A DNA stretch of 62,821 bases, the filler included, from Candidatus Woesearchaeota archaeon (GTDB lineage Archaea > Nanobdellota > Nanobdellia > Woesearchaeales > CAZJJJ01): the NCBI GenBank assembly GCA_046538795.1. It is 8 parts of 8 records of this genome, joined end to end, with 100 filler letters (N's around TTAATTAATTAA, not from the genome) between each part and the next. Parts side by side here need not be neighbours in the genome. Positions count along the whole stretch, not along the records: positions 27,513 to 45,773 come from JBKHIF010000025.1; positions 45,874 to 50,154 come from JBKHIF010000088.1; positions 50,255 to 54,439 come from JBKHIF010000089.1; 5 more parts are not named here. One strand, given 5' to 3'. The stretch's first letter is position 1. Each line of letters starts with the position of its first letter. Under the pieces are notes generated by a model that was not told the origin of the DNA, ran no database searches, and worked only from the letters and a program-made list of their open reading frames with translations. Position numbers and translations under genes: made by a program. Shown here in pieces: positions 42,523 to 50,826 of the stretch.

Positions 42523-43365
42523 ATGAAAGCGATAAATTACATAAGAAATAACCTGCATATCCTTTTGAAGTCTTTTGATTTCAACAAGTTTATGTATATT
42601 ACAGTGATACAGATAGGAGCTTTCCTTGCCTTTTTTCTTTCTGCAAGATGGCTTGGCAATATGTTTGCAAGGATTACAGGAAGTGTTGATCTTACTTCAC
42701 TTCAAAATCTTGATCCTTCAGCAGGGATTGATCCTGTTTTGCAGTCTGCTGTTGCAAAGATATGGTATTATTCATTAATCTTTGTGGTTGTTATGTTTCT
42801 TATCTGGTGCGCATCTCAGCTTTCATCGTGGATAATTATTGCTGACAGGAAATTTTTCAGGAGGCATAAGACAGTTGTAGTTAAACGTTATCTTAAGTTT
42901 CTGCTTTTCAACCTTCTCTGGCTACTGATATGGACTATTCCTATCGCGTTTTCCATGAATCTGATCTATCAGTCAAGCACCAATCCTGCGCTTCTTCCTC
43001 AGACCAGGTTTTGGATATACCTTTTTGCATTCATTGTTATGGATTTTGTCATATATTTTACATTCATAGCATACCATGTTTTTGCAAGGACAGGAAAAGT
43101 AAGGCATTCTGTGAAAGAATCATTTGCGCTTGGTTTTGGAAAGATACATCATTTTATTCTGCCTGCGATAATTGCATACATACTGATGATTTTTGCAGGG
43201 ATTATAACTATGCCTTTTTCAGGCCTTCCGCCAAACATCTCCAACTGGATATTCTTTGTGGTATTTACATTGTATATTTCATGGATGATGCTTTATTTTT
43301 CAAAGATACTGCTAAAACTGGAACAACGTTTTCCAAAATATGCATATAAAGAGAATAAAAGATGA
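42523..43365 (+). CDS. Polytopic membrane protein (about 6 TM)
   Basis: Alternating hydrophobic segments; ATGA overlap with the next gene. Confidence 0.75.
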   Translation: MKAINYIRNNLHILLKSFDFNKFMYITVIQIGAFLAFFLSARWLGNMFARITGSVDLTSLQNLDPSAGIDPVLQSAVAKIWYYSLIFVVVMFLIWCASQLSSWIIIADRKFFRRHKTVVVKRYLKFLLFNLLWLLIWTIPIAFSMNLIYQSSTNPALLPQTRFWIYLFAFIVMDFVIYFTFIAYHVFARTGKVRHSVKESFALGFGKIHHFILPAIIAYILMIFAGIITMPFSGLPPNISNWIFFVVFTLYISWMMLYFSKILLKLEQRFPKYAYKENKR

Positions 43366-45311
43366 AAAAAAGAGGTCAGGTAACACTTTTCATGATAATA
43401 GGGATCGTGCTTTTGATAGTTTTATTTCTCGCAGTGCAGTTCAGAAAACAGGTATTTGACATAGATGATGAGCAAACTGTTGATATAACACCTTCTGGAT
43501 TTGAGACTTATGTTGAAAGGTGTCTTGAGAACACTGCTTATGAAGCTGTGCAGTCTTTAGGGAGCCAGGCAGGTTATGTTGATGTTCCTGATTATATCCT
43601 GAATGATCCCAGGAGCCATCTTTCTTTAGGAAACGGCGTATTTAGGATACCTTACTGGTATTATCAGGGCCAGTCAAGAATACCAAGTTTTGAGGTCATA
43701 CAGGAGGGGATCTCAAAATACGTGCAAAACAACATGCTTGAGTGCTTTGATAATTTTACTGCTTTTAGGGATCAGTACAACGTAACTATAAAATCAGACC
43801 CTTTTGCAAAAGCAACAATAGGAGAAGAAGATATAATTGTCTCTCTTGATTATGACATTGAACTTACCTCTCTTACCGGAGAAGAAGAGACGAACTATGA
43901 AAAGTTTGCTGCTGTTGTTCCTGTTAGGCTTAAGAAGGTTTATGAGCTTGCAAAGGACATAATGGAATCTGAAAATGAAAATTTTCATTTTGAACGTGCC
44001 TTGATTGATCTCATGGCAATACATCCTGATATACCTATGACATCTCTTGAGTTTTCCTGTCATAGAAAAGAGTGGCGTGTAGATGATGTAAAGGAAGATG
44101 TAAAAGAGCTTCTTTTTTATAATATGCATAAGGTTAGGTTTGACAGAACTTCATATCCTGAGTTTTCTGAAGATACTTATCAATATGAGAAGTTCAGGGG
44201 ATATGATACAGAAGATATCTACAATGGCAATCTTCCTCCGAATGATCTTCCTTCTGATGCTTATGAATATTTTAATCTCTTTTTTGATGTAACTGATGAG
44301 AGTTATTATGAATTAAGTGCAGGTGTTGAGTTTTTGCCTCAGGTTGATTTTGAATTCAGGGTTAGGCCTAACAGCAATGGAATCATGAAATCAAGCAATT
44401 CAAAGGGCGCGACAGATTATTTAAGATTCCTTTGCATGCAGTATTATCATTTTGTTTATGATGTACGGTTTCCTCTAAAACTTACGATCTATGACGAAAA
44501 ATCTTTTGATGGAGATGGTTATCAGTTCACTTTTGCATTTCCTGTTATTATAAAAGACAACAGGCCTGACAGGAGAGAATCATCGATAGTGCTTTATGAA
44601 GAGCCTAACGTATATTCTGATCCATGCGAAAGCTTTGAAGCAGAAGAAGTTGATATAAGGGCTGTAGGCATATTTGAAGGATATGATAATGTTCCTCTCC
44701 GTGATGTGAATATTTCCTATGACTGCATAAAAGATGGGTGTTATCTTGGAAAGACAAGAGCTGTAAATGGAGAGTACAAGCTTGTTTCATCCATACCTGA
44801 TCTTTGCACAGGAGGTTACATTACAGCTTCTGCAGACGGATACATGACAACAAAGAAGCAATATGCAGGAGAAGACAGATTTTCTGTGAGGATGAGAAAA
44901 GTCAATGACTATAATGTGAAAGTTATGAAGAAGGTTCTTGGAAGATCAGGCTTTGAAGAGCTTGACAGCGATGAAAGAGTTGTTCTTTCAGTTTCTTCAG
45001 AAAAATACGGAACTTCTGTTTATGAAGAATTCAGGCCTGATGATGACAAGCAGATTGAGCTTTTGGCAGAAGAGGGCGACTATCAGCTTGATTTCATGCT
45101 GATTTCTGAGAATGGCGATAATATCCTTGGCGGATACAAAGGCAATTGGACTTATGAATATGTTGAGGCAGCAGGTTCTGATACTGTTGTTTTCTATGTG
45201 CTTGAATATCAGCCAGAGCCAATAAACAGACAGCAGCAGTATGAGATGATGCTTTACCTTGATGATTATGAAAATTTCGGCGATGAGCTTAGGCCAAGAT
45301 TCATGAGCTAG
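43362..45311 (+). CDS. Large surface protein with class III signal peptide
   Basis: MKKRG/QVTLFMIIGIVLLIVLFL; shares 'YV..CLE', 'LG.Q.GY', 'YW.Y', 'F.YD...P', 'F.GDGY.F', 'V..SY.C....C.LG.T' with 35992-38217. Confidence 0.82.
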   Translation: MKKRGQVTLFMIIGIVLLIVLFLAVQFRKQVFDIDDEQTVDITPSGFETYVERCLENTAYEAVQSLGSQAGYVDVPDYILNDPRSHLSLGNGVFRIPYWYYQGQSRIPSFEVIQEGISKYVQNNMLECFDNFTAFRDQYNVTIKSDPFAKATIGEEDIIVSLDYDIELTSLTGEEETNYEKFAAVVPVRLKKVYELAKDIMESENENFHFERALIDLMAIHPDIPMTSLEFSCHRKEWRVDDVKEDVKELLFYNMHKVRFDRTSYPEFSEDTYQYEKFRGYDTEDIYNGNLPPNDLPSDAYEYFNLFFDVTDESYYELSAGVEFLPQVDFEFRVRPNSNGIMKSSNSKGATDYLRFLCMQYYHFVYDVRFPLKLTIYDEKSFDGDGYQFTFAFPVIIKDNRPDRRESSIVLYEEPNVYSDPCESFEAEEVDIRAVGIFEGYDNVPLRDVNISYDCIKDGCYLGKTRAVNGEYKLVSSIPDLCTGGYITASADGYMTTKKQYAGEDRFSVRMRKVNDYNVKVMKKVLGRSGFEELDSDERVVLSVSSEKYGTSVYEEFRPDDDKQIELLAEEGDYQLDFMLISENGDNILGGYKGNWTYEYVEAAGSDTVVFYVLEYQPEPINRQQQYEMMLYLDDYENFGDELRPRFMS

Positions 45312-45325
45312 CAAAAGTATTAAAT

Positions 45326-45773
45326 ATGGATTCGACAAAAAAAAGAATGAGGATGAGGAATCAAGATTTTGGAGTAAGGATTTTTTCAATCATAGTCATT
45401 GCTCTTTTATTTGGGATGAATCTTAACCTTCCTTTTGTTTATGCTGATTCAGTCTCAGGTCCTCCTGCTGTGGCAAATCTTAATGGGGAGGCCTTGTCTT
45501 ATAATTCTGTAAGGATCAACTGGAGTGAATATTCTCAGGTTCCTGATTTTGATATTTTCAGGGTTTCTGTTAACTATGGCGAAAGAGTAGTTGATCTCGT
45601 GGAAAATGAATTTGTTGATACAGGTCTTTCGCCTGAGACAACTTACAGGTATGAGATCTACGGAATTGATAATTTTGGGAATGAAGGGGAAAAAAGAGTT
45701 GTTGAAGTTACTACTCTTCCTCCTGATCATTCTGTTCCTTCGATAAGAGATCTAAGAATAATTCCTTCTTCAG
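45326..45773 (+). CDS. Secreted fibronectin type III domain protein, truncated by contig end
   Basis: Signal peptide; 'PP...NL....LSYNSVRINW', 'FVDTGLSPETTYRYEIYGID..GNEG'. Confidence 0.8.
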
Positions 45774-45873
45774 NNNNNNNNNNNNNNNNNNNNNNNNNNN
45801 NNNNNNNNNNNNNNNNNTTAATTAATTAANNNNNNNNNNNNNNNNNNNNNNNNNNNNNNNNNNNNNNNNNNNN
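45774..45873. other. Artificial contig linker
   Basis: N-run with TTAATTAATTAA. Confidence 0.98.
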
Positions 45874-45941
45874 TCTAGTGTTGTTCAACAGAGGACTGAT
45901 TTTTTATTCTCGTATCGGAGATACTGTCAAAAACCAAAATA

Positions 45942-46198
45942 TTTATAAACAAATTCAATTTTCTCCAAGCAAACGAGTCAATCAATGACAAAACATATAT
46001 TTTCAAATATGTGTTTAATACGAGCATAAAACAAAGATCCTGAAAAGGAACATCCAGAATTGACAAATTCTCCTGGAAGGTTCCATCAAAAGGACGTTTT
46101 TGCAAAAAAGGATACAAGATAAAATTTCAGTATCCAATAGGAAGCTAGTGGTTCTTATGAATCAGTAGAATGAACTATCGCAATCAAAGGAATAAAAA
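45942..46198 (+). promoter_or_regulatory. TATA box and long structured 5' leader of the ribosomal protein operon
   Basis: TTTATAAA at 45942-45949; stems 45991-46016, 46047-46084, 46110-46135. Confidence 0.45.
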
Positions 46199-47182
46199 AT
46201 GGTAAAAGCACACAAACCAAGAAGTGGAAGCATGCAGTTCTGGCCAAGGGTCAGAGCAAAGAGAGAATACGCGAGAGTAAGATCCAGACCGACAAGCTCT
46301 GAGAACAAGCTCCTCGGATTCGCAGGTTATAAGGTTGGAATGACCCATGTTGTCGCTGCAGATAACAGGAAAACTTCTCCTACCAAAGGAACCAACATAA
46401 CAATACCTGCAACCATAATTGAGTGCCCTCCATTAAGGATTCTTGGGGTAAGATTCTATAAGAAAGTTGATTCTGTTATGAATCCTGCTGCTCAGATCAT
46501 GTTCAAAGGTTCAGATGATGTCAAGAGGAAACTTTCTGTTCCTAAAAAAGAAAAATCTCTTGATGAATTTGCAGATAAGATTTCAGAATTTGATGATCTG
46601 ACTGTTGTTGTTCATACTTCTCCAAATAAGACTAATATAGGAAAGAAAAAGCCAGAAGTCTTTGAGATTGCTGTTGGCGGCAAGATGGAGGAGAAATTTC
46701 AGTATGTGAAAGATAATCTTGGAAAAGACATACATGTTTCTGATGTTTTTTCAGAGGGTGTTTTTGTTGATGCAAGAGGCGTCACAAAAGGAAAAGGTTT
46801 CCAGGGTCCTGTAAAGAGGTATGGTATTGGAACCACATCTCACAAGTCTGAAAAAGACAAGAGAACTCCTGGTTCACTTGGTGGATGGAGCGGACAACAA
46901 CATTTTATGTACCGTGTAGCTCATGCAGGTAAAATGGGATATCACGCAAGAACTGAATATAATAAATTGATACTTAAGATTTCACAGGAAGCAAATGAGG
47001 TCAATCCGAAAGGTGGTTTTGTGAACTATGGTGTTGTGAAAAATCCTTTTGTGCTGATTAAAGGTTCTGTCCTTGGTCCTAAGAAGAGGATGATAAGGTT
47101 TGACAGGACAATAAGAAATAAAAAAGATACTGAAGTTCCTGCGATAAAGGAGATAAGCCTTGACTCGCAGCAGGGTAACTAA
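46199..47182 (+). CDS. rpl3: 50S ribosomal protein uL3 (archaeal)
   Basis: 'PRSGSMQFWPRVRA', 'GYKVGMTHV', 'TKGKGFQGPVKR', 'GKMGYHARTEYNK'. Confidence 0.97.
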   Translation: MVKAHKPRSGSMQFWPRVRAKREYARVRSRPTSSENKLLGFAGYKVGMTHVVAADNRKTSPTKGTNITIPATIIECPPLRILGVRFYKKVDSVMNPAAQIMFKGSDDVKRKLSVPKKEKSLDEFADKISEFDDLTVVVHTSPNKTNIGKKKPEVFEIAVGGKMEEKFQYVKDNLGKDIHVSDVFSEGVFVDARGVTKGKGFQGPVKRYGIGTTSHKSEKDKRTPGSLGGWSGQQHFMYRVAHAGKMGYHARTEYNKLILKISQEANEVNPKGGFVNYGVVKNPFVLIKGSVLGPKKRMIRFDRTIRNKKDTEVPAIKEISLDSQQGN

Positions 47183-47226
47183 TCAGACTATTATAATATA
47201 ATAAATCATATTGAGAACGATCAAAA

Positions 47227-48198
47227 ATGGAACTTAAGATATATAATACCAAAAAAACAGAAACAGGAAAGATATCTCTTCCAAAGCAATTTTCTGAAGA
47301 GGTAAGGCCTGATCTTGTAAAAAGAGCTGTGCTTGCTATTCAGAGCCACAAGAGGCAGGCTTACGGCGCAGATCCTGAAGCAGGTAAAAAATCTGCTGCA
47401 GAACTTTCAAGAAGAAGGAAAAAATACAGGGGAAGCTATGGTTTTGGTATTTCCAGGGTTCCAAGAAAGATACTTTCAAGGCGCGGTACCCGGATGGGTT
47501 GGGTTGGCGCATTTGCACCAGGTACTGTTGGCGGAAGAAGAGCTCATCCTCCGAAAGCTGACAAGGTCTGGGATGAAAAAATCAATGATACTGAAAGAAG
47601 GAAAGCTATAAGATCTGCTATGTCGGCTACACTTGACAAAGATGTCGTCGTATCAAGAGGTCATGCTGTTCCTGATAATTATCCTTTTGTCATAGACAAT
47701 GATTTTGAATCTCTCAAAAAGACAAAAGAAGTGAAAGATGCTCTTCTTGCACTTGGTTTTGACAAAGAACTTGTGCGTGCAGAAATAAAGAAAGTGCGTG
47801 CAGGAAAAGGAAAATCAAGAGGAAGGAGATACAATAAGAGAAAGAGTGTCCTTTTGGTTGTTTCAGAGGGAAGTTCGCTATATGAATCTGCAAGAAACAT
47901 CTCTGGTGTTGATGTTGTTTCTGTAAATGATCTTAATGCAGAGCTTCTTGCTCCTGGAACCGATCTTGGAAGAGCGACTCTTTTTACAAAAAATGCTGTT
48001 GAAGTGCTTGAAAAAACAGGGCTTTTCCTGAAAAAACAGAAGTCAGTCAAACCTGCTTCGGAAAAGAAAGCAAAAAAAGAAACAGAAAAAAAATCTGTTG
48101 AAAAAGCATCAAAATCATCTGCTAAAAAATCATCTGCTCCTAAAAAAGTGGCTGCAAAAAAGCCAGCAAAAAAGGAGATTAAAAAGGACAAGAAATAA
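47227..48198 (+). CDS. rpl4: 50S ribosomal protein uL4 (archaeal) with Lys-rich tail
   Basis: 'RPDLVKRAV', 'GGRRAHPPK', 'RAGKGKSRGR', 'LLAPG'. Confidence 0.97.
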   Translation: MELKIYNTKKTETGKISLPKQFSEEVRPDLVKRAVLAIQSHKRQAYGADPEAGKKSAAELSRRRKKYRGSYGFGISRVPRKILSRRGTRMGWVGAFAPGTVGGRRAHPPKADKVWDEKINDTERRKAIRSAMSATLDKDVVVSRGHAVPDNYPFVIDNDFESLKKTKEVKDALLALGFDKELVRAEIKKVRAGKGKSRGRRYNKRKSVLLVVSEGSSLYESARNISGVDVVSVNDLNAELLAPGTDLGRATLFTKNAVEVLEKTGLFLKKQKSVKPASEKKAKKETEKKSVEKASKSSAKKSSAPKKVAAKKPAKKEIKKDKK

Positions 48199-48217
48199 TA
48201 CTTGATAATCGATTAAA

Positions 48218-48496
48218 ATGTCAGCTAAAAAAACTAAACTCAACACAGAATTGATCAAACATCCTTTAAGCACTGAAAAGTCTATAAGGCTTATGGAGGC
48301 AGAGAATAAATTGATCTTTGTTGTTGACCGAAGAGCAACCAAGCCTGAGATAAAGGCTGCAATCGAAGAGTTGTTCAAAGTAAAGATAATAAGTGTTTCA
48401 ACGTTCATAACGCCTAAAGGCGAAAAAAGAGCTTATGTCCGTTTCAGCGATGAAACACCGGCAATCGATATTGCGACCCAGATGGGTCTTATGTAA
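48218..48496 (+). CDS. rpl23: 50S ribosomal protein uL23
   Basis: 'PLSTEKS..LME.ENKL.F.V...ATK.EIK', 'KRAYVR'. Confidence 0.97.
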   Translation: MSAKKTKLNTELIKHPLSTEKSIRLMEAENKLIFVVDRRATKPEIKAAIEELFKVKIISVSTFITPKGEKRAYVRFSDETPAIDIATQMGLM

Positions 48497-48507
48497 GGAG
48501 TTAGAAA

Positions 48508-49221
48508 ATGGGTAAAAACTTAATTCAACAGGCAAGAGGAAAAGGTTCTCCTAGATATAGGGCTCCTAGTTTTAGGTATAGGGGAAAGGCTCAGCATAAA
48601 TCATTTGGCCAAAAAACCCATAAGGGAAAGGTTGTTGATTTTGTGAGATGTCCCGGTCACAGCGCTCCTTTGGCTCAGATTGAATTTGAAGATGGTGAAC
48701 TTTGCCTTATGATTGCTCCTGAAGGTGTTAAGGTCGGTGAATTTGTAACTACTGGCAATGAATCAGGAAATAATCGCGGTAATACTTTGGCATTATCGCA
48801 GATACCTGAAGGTACTCAGGTTTATAATCTTGAAGCTGTCCCTGGCGACGGTGGAAAATTCGTAAGAAGTTCAGGAACCTTTGCAAAAGTTGTATCTCAG
48901 TTTGAGGACAAGGTTCTTGTGATGCTTCCTTCAAAGAAAAAGAAGTTTTTCAATCCTGGCTGTAGAGCTACAATTGGGGTTGTTGCAGGTGGCGGAAGAA
49001 CTGAAAAACCAATCGTTAAGGCGGGTAAGAAACATTATATGATGAAAGCAAAGAATAAGCTTTATCCAAAAGTTTCAGGTAATGCGCAGAACGCAGTTGA
49101 TCATCCTTTTGGAAATTCAAGATCTTTGAGAAAATCCAAAGCAAAGCCTGCACCTCATAATGCTCCGCCTGGAAGAAAGGTTGGTATGATAAGGCCACGG
49201 CACACTGGAAGGAACAAATAA
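48508..49221 (+). CDS. rpl2: 50S ribosomal protein uL2 (archaeal)
   Basis: 'MGKNLIQQARGKGSP', 'PGDGGKFVRSSG', 'AVDHPFG', 'APPGRKVG'. Confidence 0.97.
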   Translation: MGKNLIQQARGKGSPRYRAPSFRYRGKAQHKSFGQKTHKGKVVDFVRCPGHSAPLAQIEFEDGELCLMIAPEGVKVGEFVTTGNESGNNRGNTLALSQIPEGTQVYNLEAVPGDGGKFVRSSGTFAKVVSQFEDKVLVMLPSKKKKFFNPGCRATIGVVAGGGRTEKPIVKAGKKHYMMKAKNKLYPKVSGNAQNAVDHPFGNSRSLRKSKAKPAPHNAPPGRKVGMIRPRHTGRNK

Positions 49222-49252
49222 AGATATGCTTGGTATGTTACGGTGATTAATT

Positions 49253-49633
49253 ATGGCAAAAAAAATATTCATTTATCGCGGAAAATCGCTTGAAGAACTT
49301 CAGGCTATGGGAATCAATGAGTTTGCAGAGCTCCTTCCAAGCAGACAAAGAAGGCTTATAAAACGCGGATTTACTGATGCGCAGAAGATTTTCCTGAAAA
49401 AGATTGAAAACAAAAAAGAGATAAAGACTCATTGCAGGAACATGATCGTACTTCCAAACATGGTTGGAAAGACTATTAAAATATATAATGGCAAGCAGTT
49501 TGTAGCGGTGATCATCCAGCCAGAGATGATAGGTCATCTTTTAGGTGAATTTGCCTTGACAAGAAACAGGGTTACTCACAACTCGCCTGGTGTCGGAGCT
49601 ACAAGATCAAGTTCTGCTGTTTCAGTGAGATAA
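49253..49633 (+). CDS. rps19: 30S ribosomal protein uS19
   Basis: 'YRGKSLEEL', '[11 protein letters not shown]', '[14 protein letters not shown]', 'PGVGATRSS'. Confidence 0.97.
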   Translation: MAKKIFIYRGKSLEELQAMGINEFAELLPSRQRRLIKRGFTDAQKIFLKKIENKKEIKTHCRNMIVLPNMVGKTIKIYNGKQFVAVIIQPEMIGHLLGEFALTRNRVTHNSPGVGATRSSSAVSVR

Positions 49634-49641
49634 AGATTAAA

Positions 49642-50154
49642 ATGTCAGAACAAAATTATGCATTCAAGGATTATGAAAAAGAGAAGATGGCAAGAAGTAT
49701 TGCCAAGAATCTGGGAATCTCTACTAAAAAGACTATTGAGGTTTGCTCTTTTATAAGGGGCAAGAAAATCAGGTCGGCAAGGAATTTCCTAAATAGGGTT
49801 CTTAAGATGGAAGATGCAGTTCCATACAAGAGATTTAATCAGGAACTGGCTCATAATCAAAGAGGTCCTTCCGGATATCCTATAAAAGTTGTAAAAGAAG
49901 TCCTGAAACTTATTGGTGATGCTGAAGCTAACGCAAAGGCAAAAGGACTTAATCCGGAAAATCTGAAAATCTTACATATCTCTGCAAATCGCGGAAGTCA
50001 TGCTATGCATTATGGAAGGCAGAGAAGAAGAATGATGAAAAGAACTCATCTGGAAATAGTCTTGCAGGAAATTGCTGCACCTGCTTCGAAAAAAGCTTCT
50101 GCAGAAAAGAAAACTCCAGATTCAAGCAAAAAATCAGAAACAAAAAAACCAGAA
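49642..50154 (+). CDS. rpl22: 50S ribosomal protein uL22 (3' tail cut by contig end)
   Basis: 'ISTKK..EVC.FIRGK', 'VPYKRFN', 'YP.K', 'AEANA..KGL', 'THLEIVL'; operon position. Confidence 0.93.
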
Positions 50155-50254
50155 NNNNNNNNNNNNNNNNNNNNNNNNNNNNNNNNNNNNNNNNNNNNTT
50201 AATTAATTAANNNNNNNNNNNNNNNNNNNNNNNNNNNNNNNNNNNNNNNNNNNN
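50155..50254. other. Artificial contig linker
   Basis: N-run with TTAATTAATTAA. Confidence 0.98.
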
Positions 50255-50255
50255 A

Positions 50256-50717
50256 GGTGAGATCAAATCAGGAGGAAAAATTGCAGATCTTATAGACAAG
50301 ATAATTAATGACCTGAAGGAAACCGAGGAGCTTAAGCGTGACATGGCTGCATCGGTTATCTCCTACATGATCTTTATCGCAGCTATAGTAATTGTAATTT
50401 CACCTGGTCTTTTCGCGCTTTCATACCAGCTTTTGATAGTCATAACAGGCTTTGCATCAAAATTATCCAATGTGGGTGATGTCGCAATACTTCCTAATAT
50501 TTCTGCAGGCGGCGTGGATGCTGGTGCTTTCAAGAATTTCTCTATGGCTGCCATATCTGTGATCGCTCTTTTCTCTTCTATGATTGTATCCATACTTGAA
50601 AAAGGAACAATAAAAGGCGGTGCAAAATACATACCTTTTTTCATAGGAACCTCGCTTATCATATATCATGTGCTTATGGGCGTACTACAAGGTTTCTTCG
50701 GAAGCCTGGCATTCTGA
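50256..50717 (+). CDS. Type IV pilus/T2SS-F membrane platform protein (TadC/FlaJ-like), C-terminal fragment
   Basis: Frame open back to the linker: 'SGGKIADLID..DLKETEELKRDM...YMIFI', then three TM helices and 'G.IKGG.KY'. Confidence 0.8.
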   Translation, partial: GEIKSGGKIADLIDKIINDLKETEELKRDMAASVISYMIFIAAIVIVISPGLFALSYQLLIVITGFASKLSNVGDVAILPNISAGGVDAGAFKNFSMAAISVIALFSSMIVSILEKGTIKGGAKYIPFFIGTSLIIYHVLMGVLQGFFGSLAF

Positions 50718-50826
50718 GTTTTTCTTTTTTCATCAGAAAGATTTTCTCGAGAATATAAACAGTAAATTATTTATACTAATAAGTCTCTGATCTTTTTTAA
50801 ATACTTGAGTATTTGAGTAGATTGCA

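Noticed and set aside
47679..48191. 170-aa ORF antisense to rpl4, and similar antisense ORFs over ftsZ, glyA and cheW
   Set aside because: Fully overlap well-supported genes on the opposite strand and have no motifs
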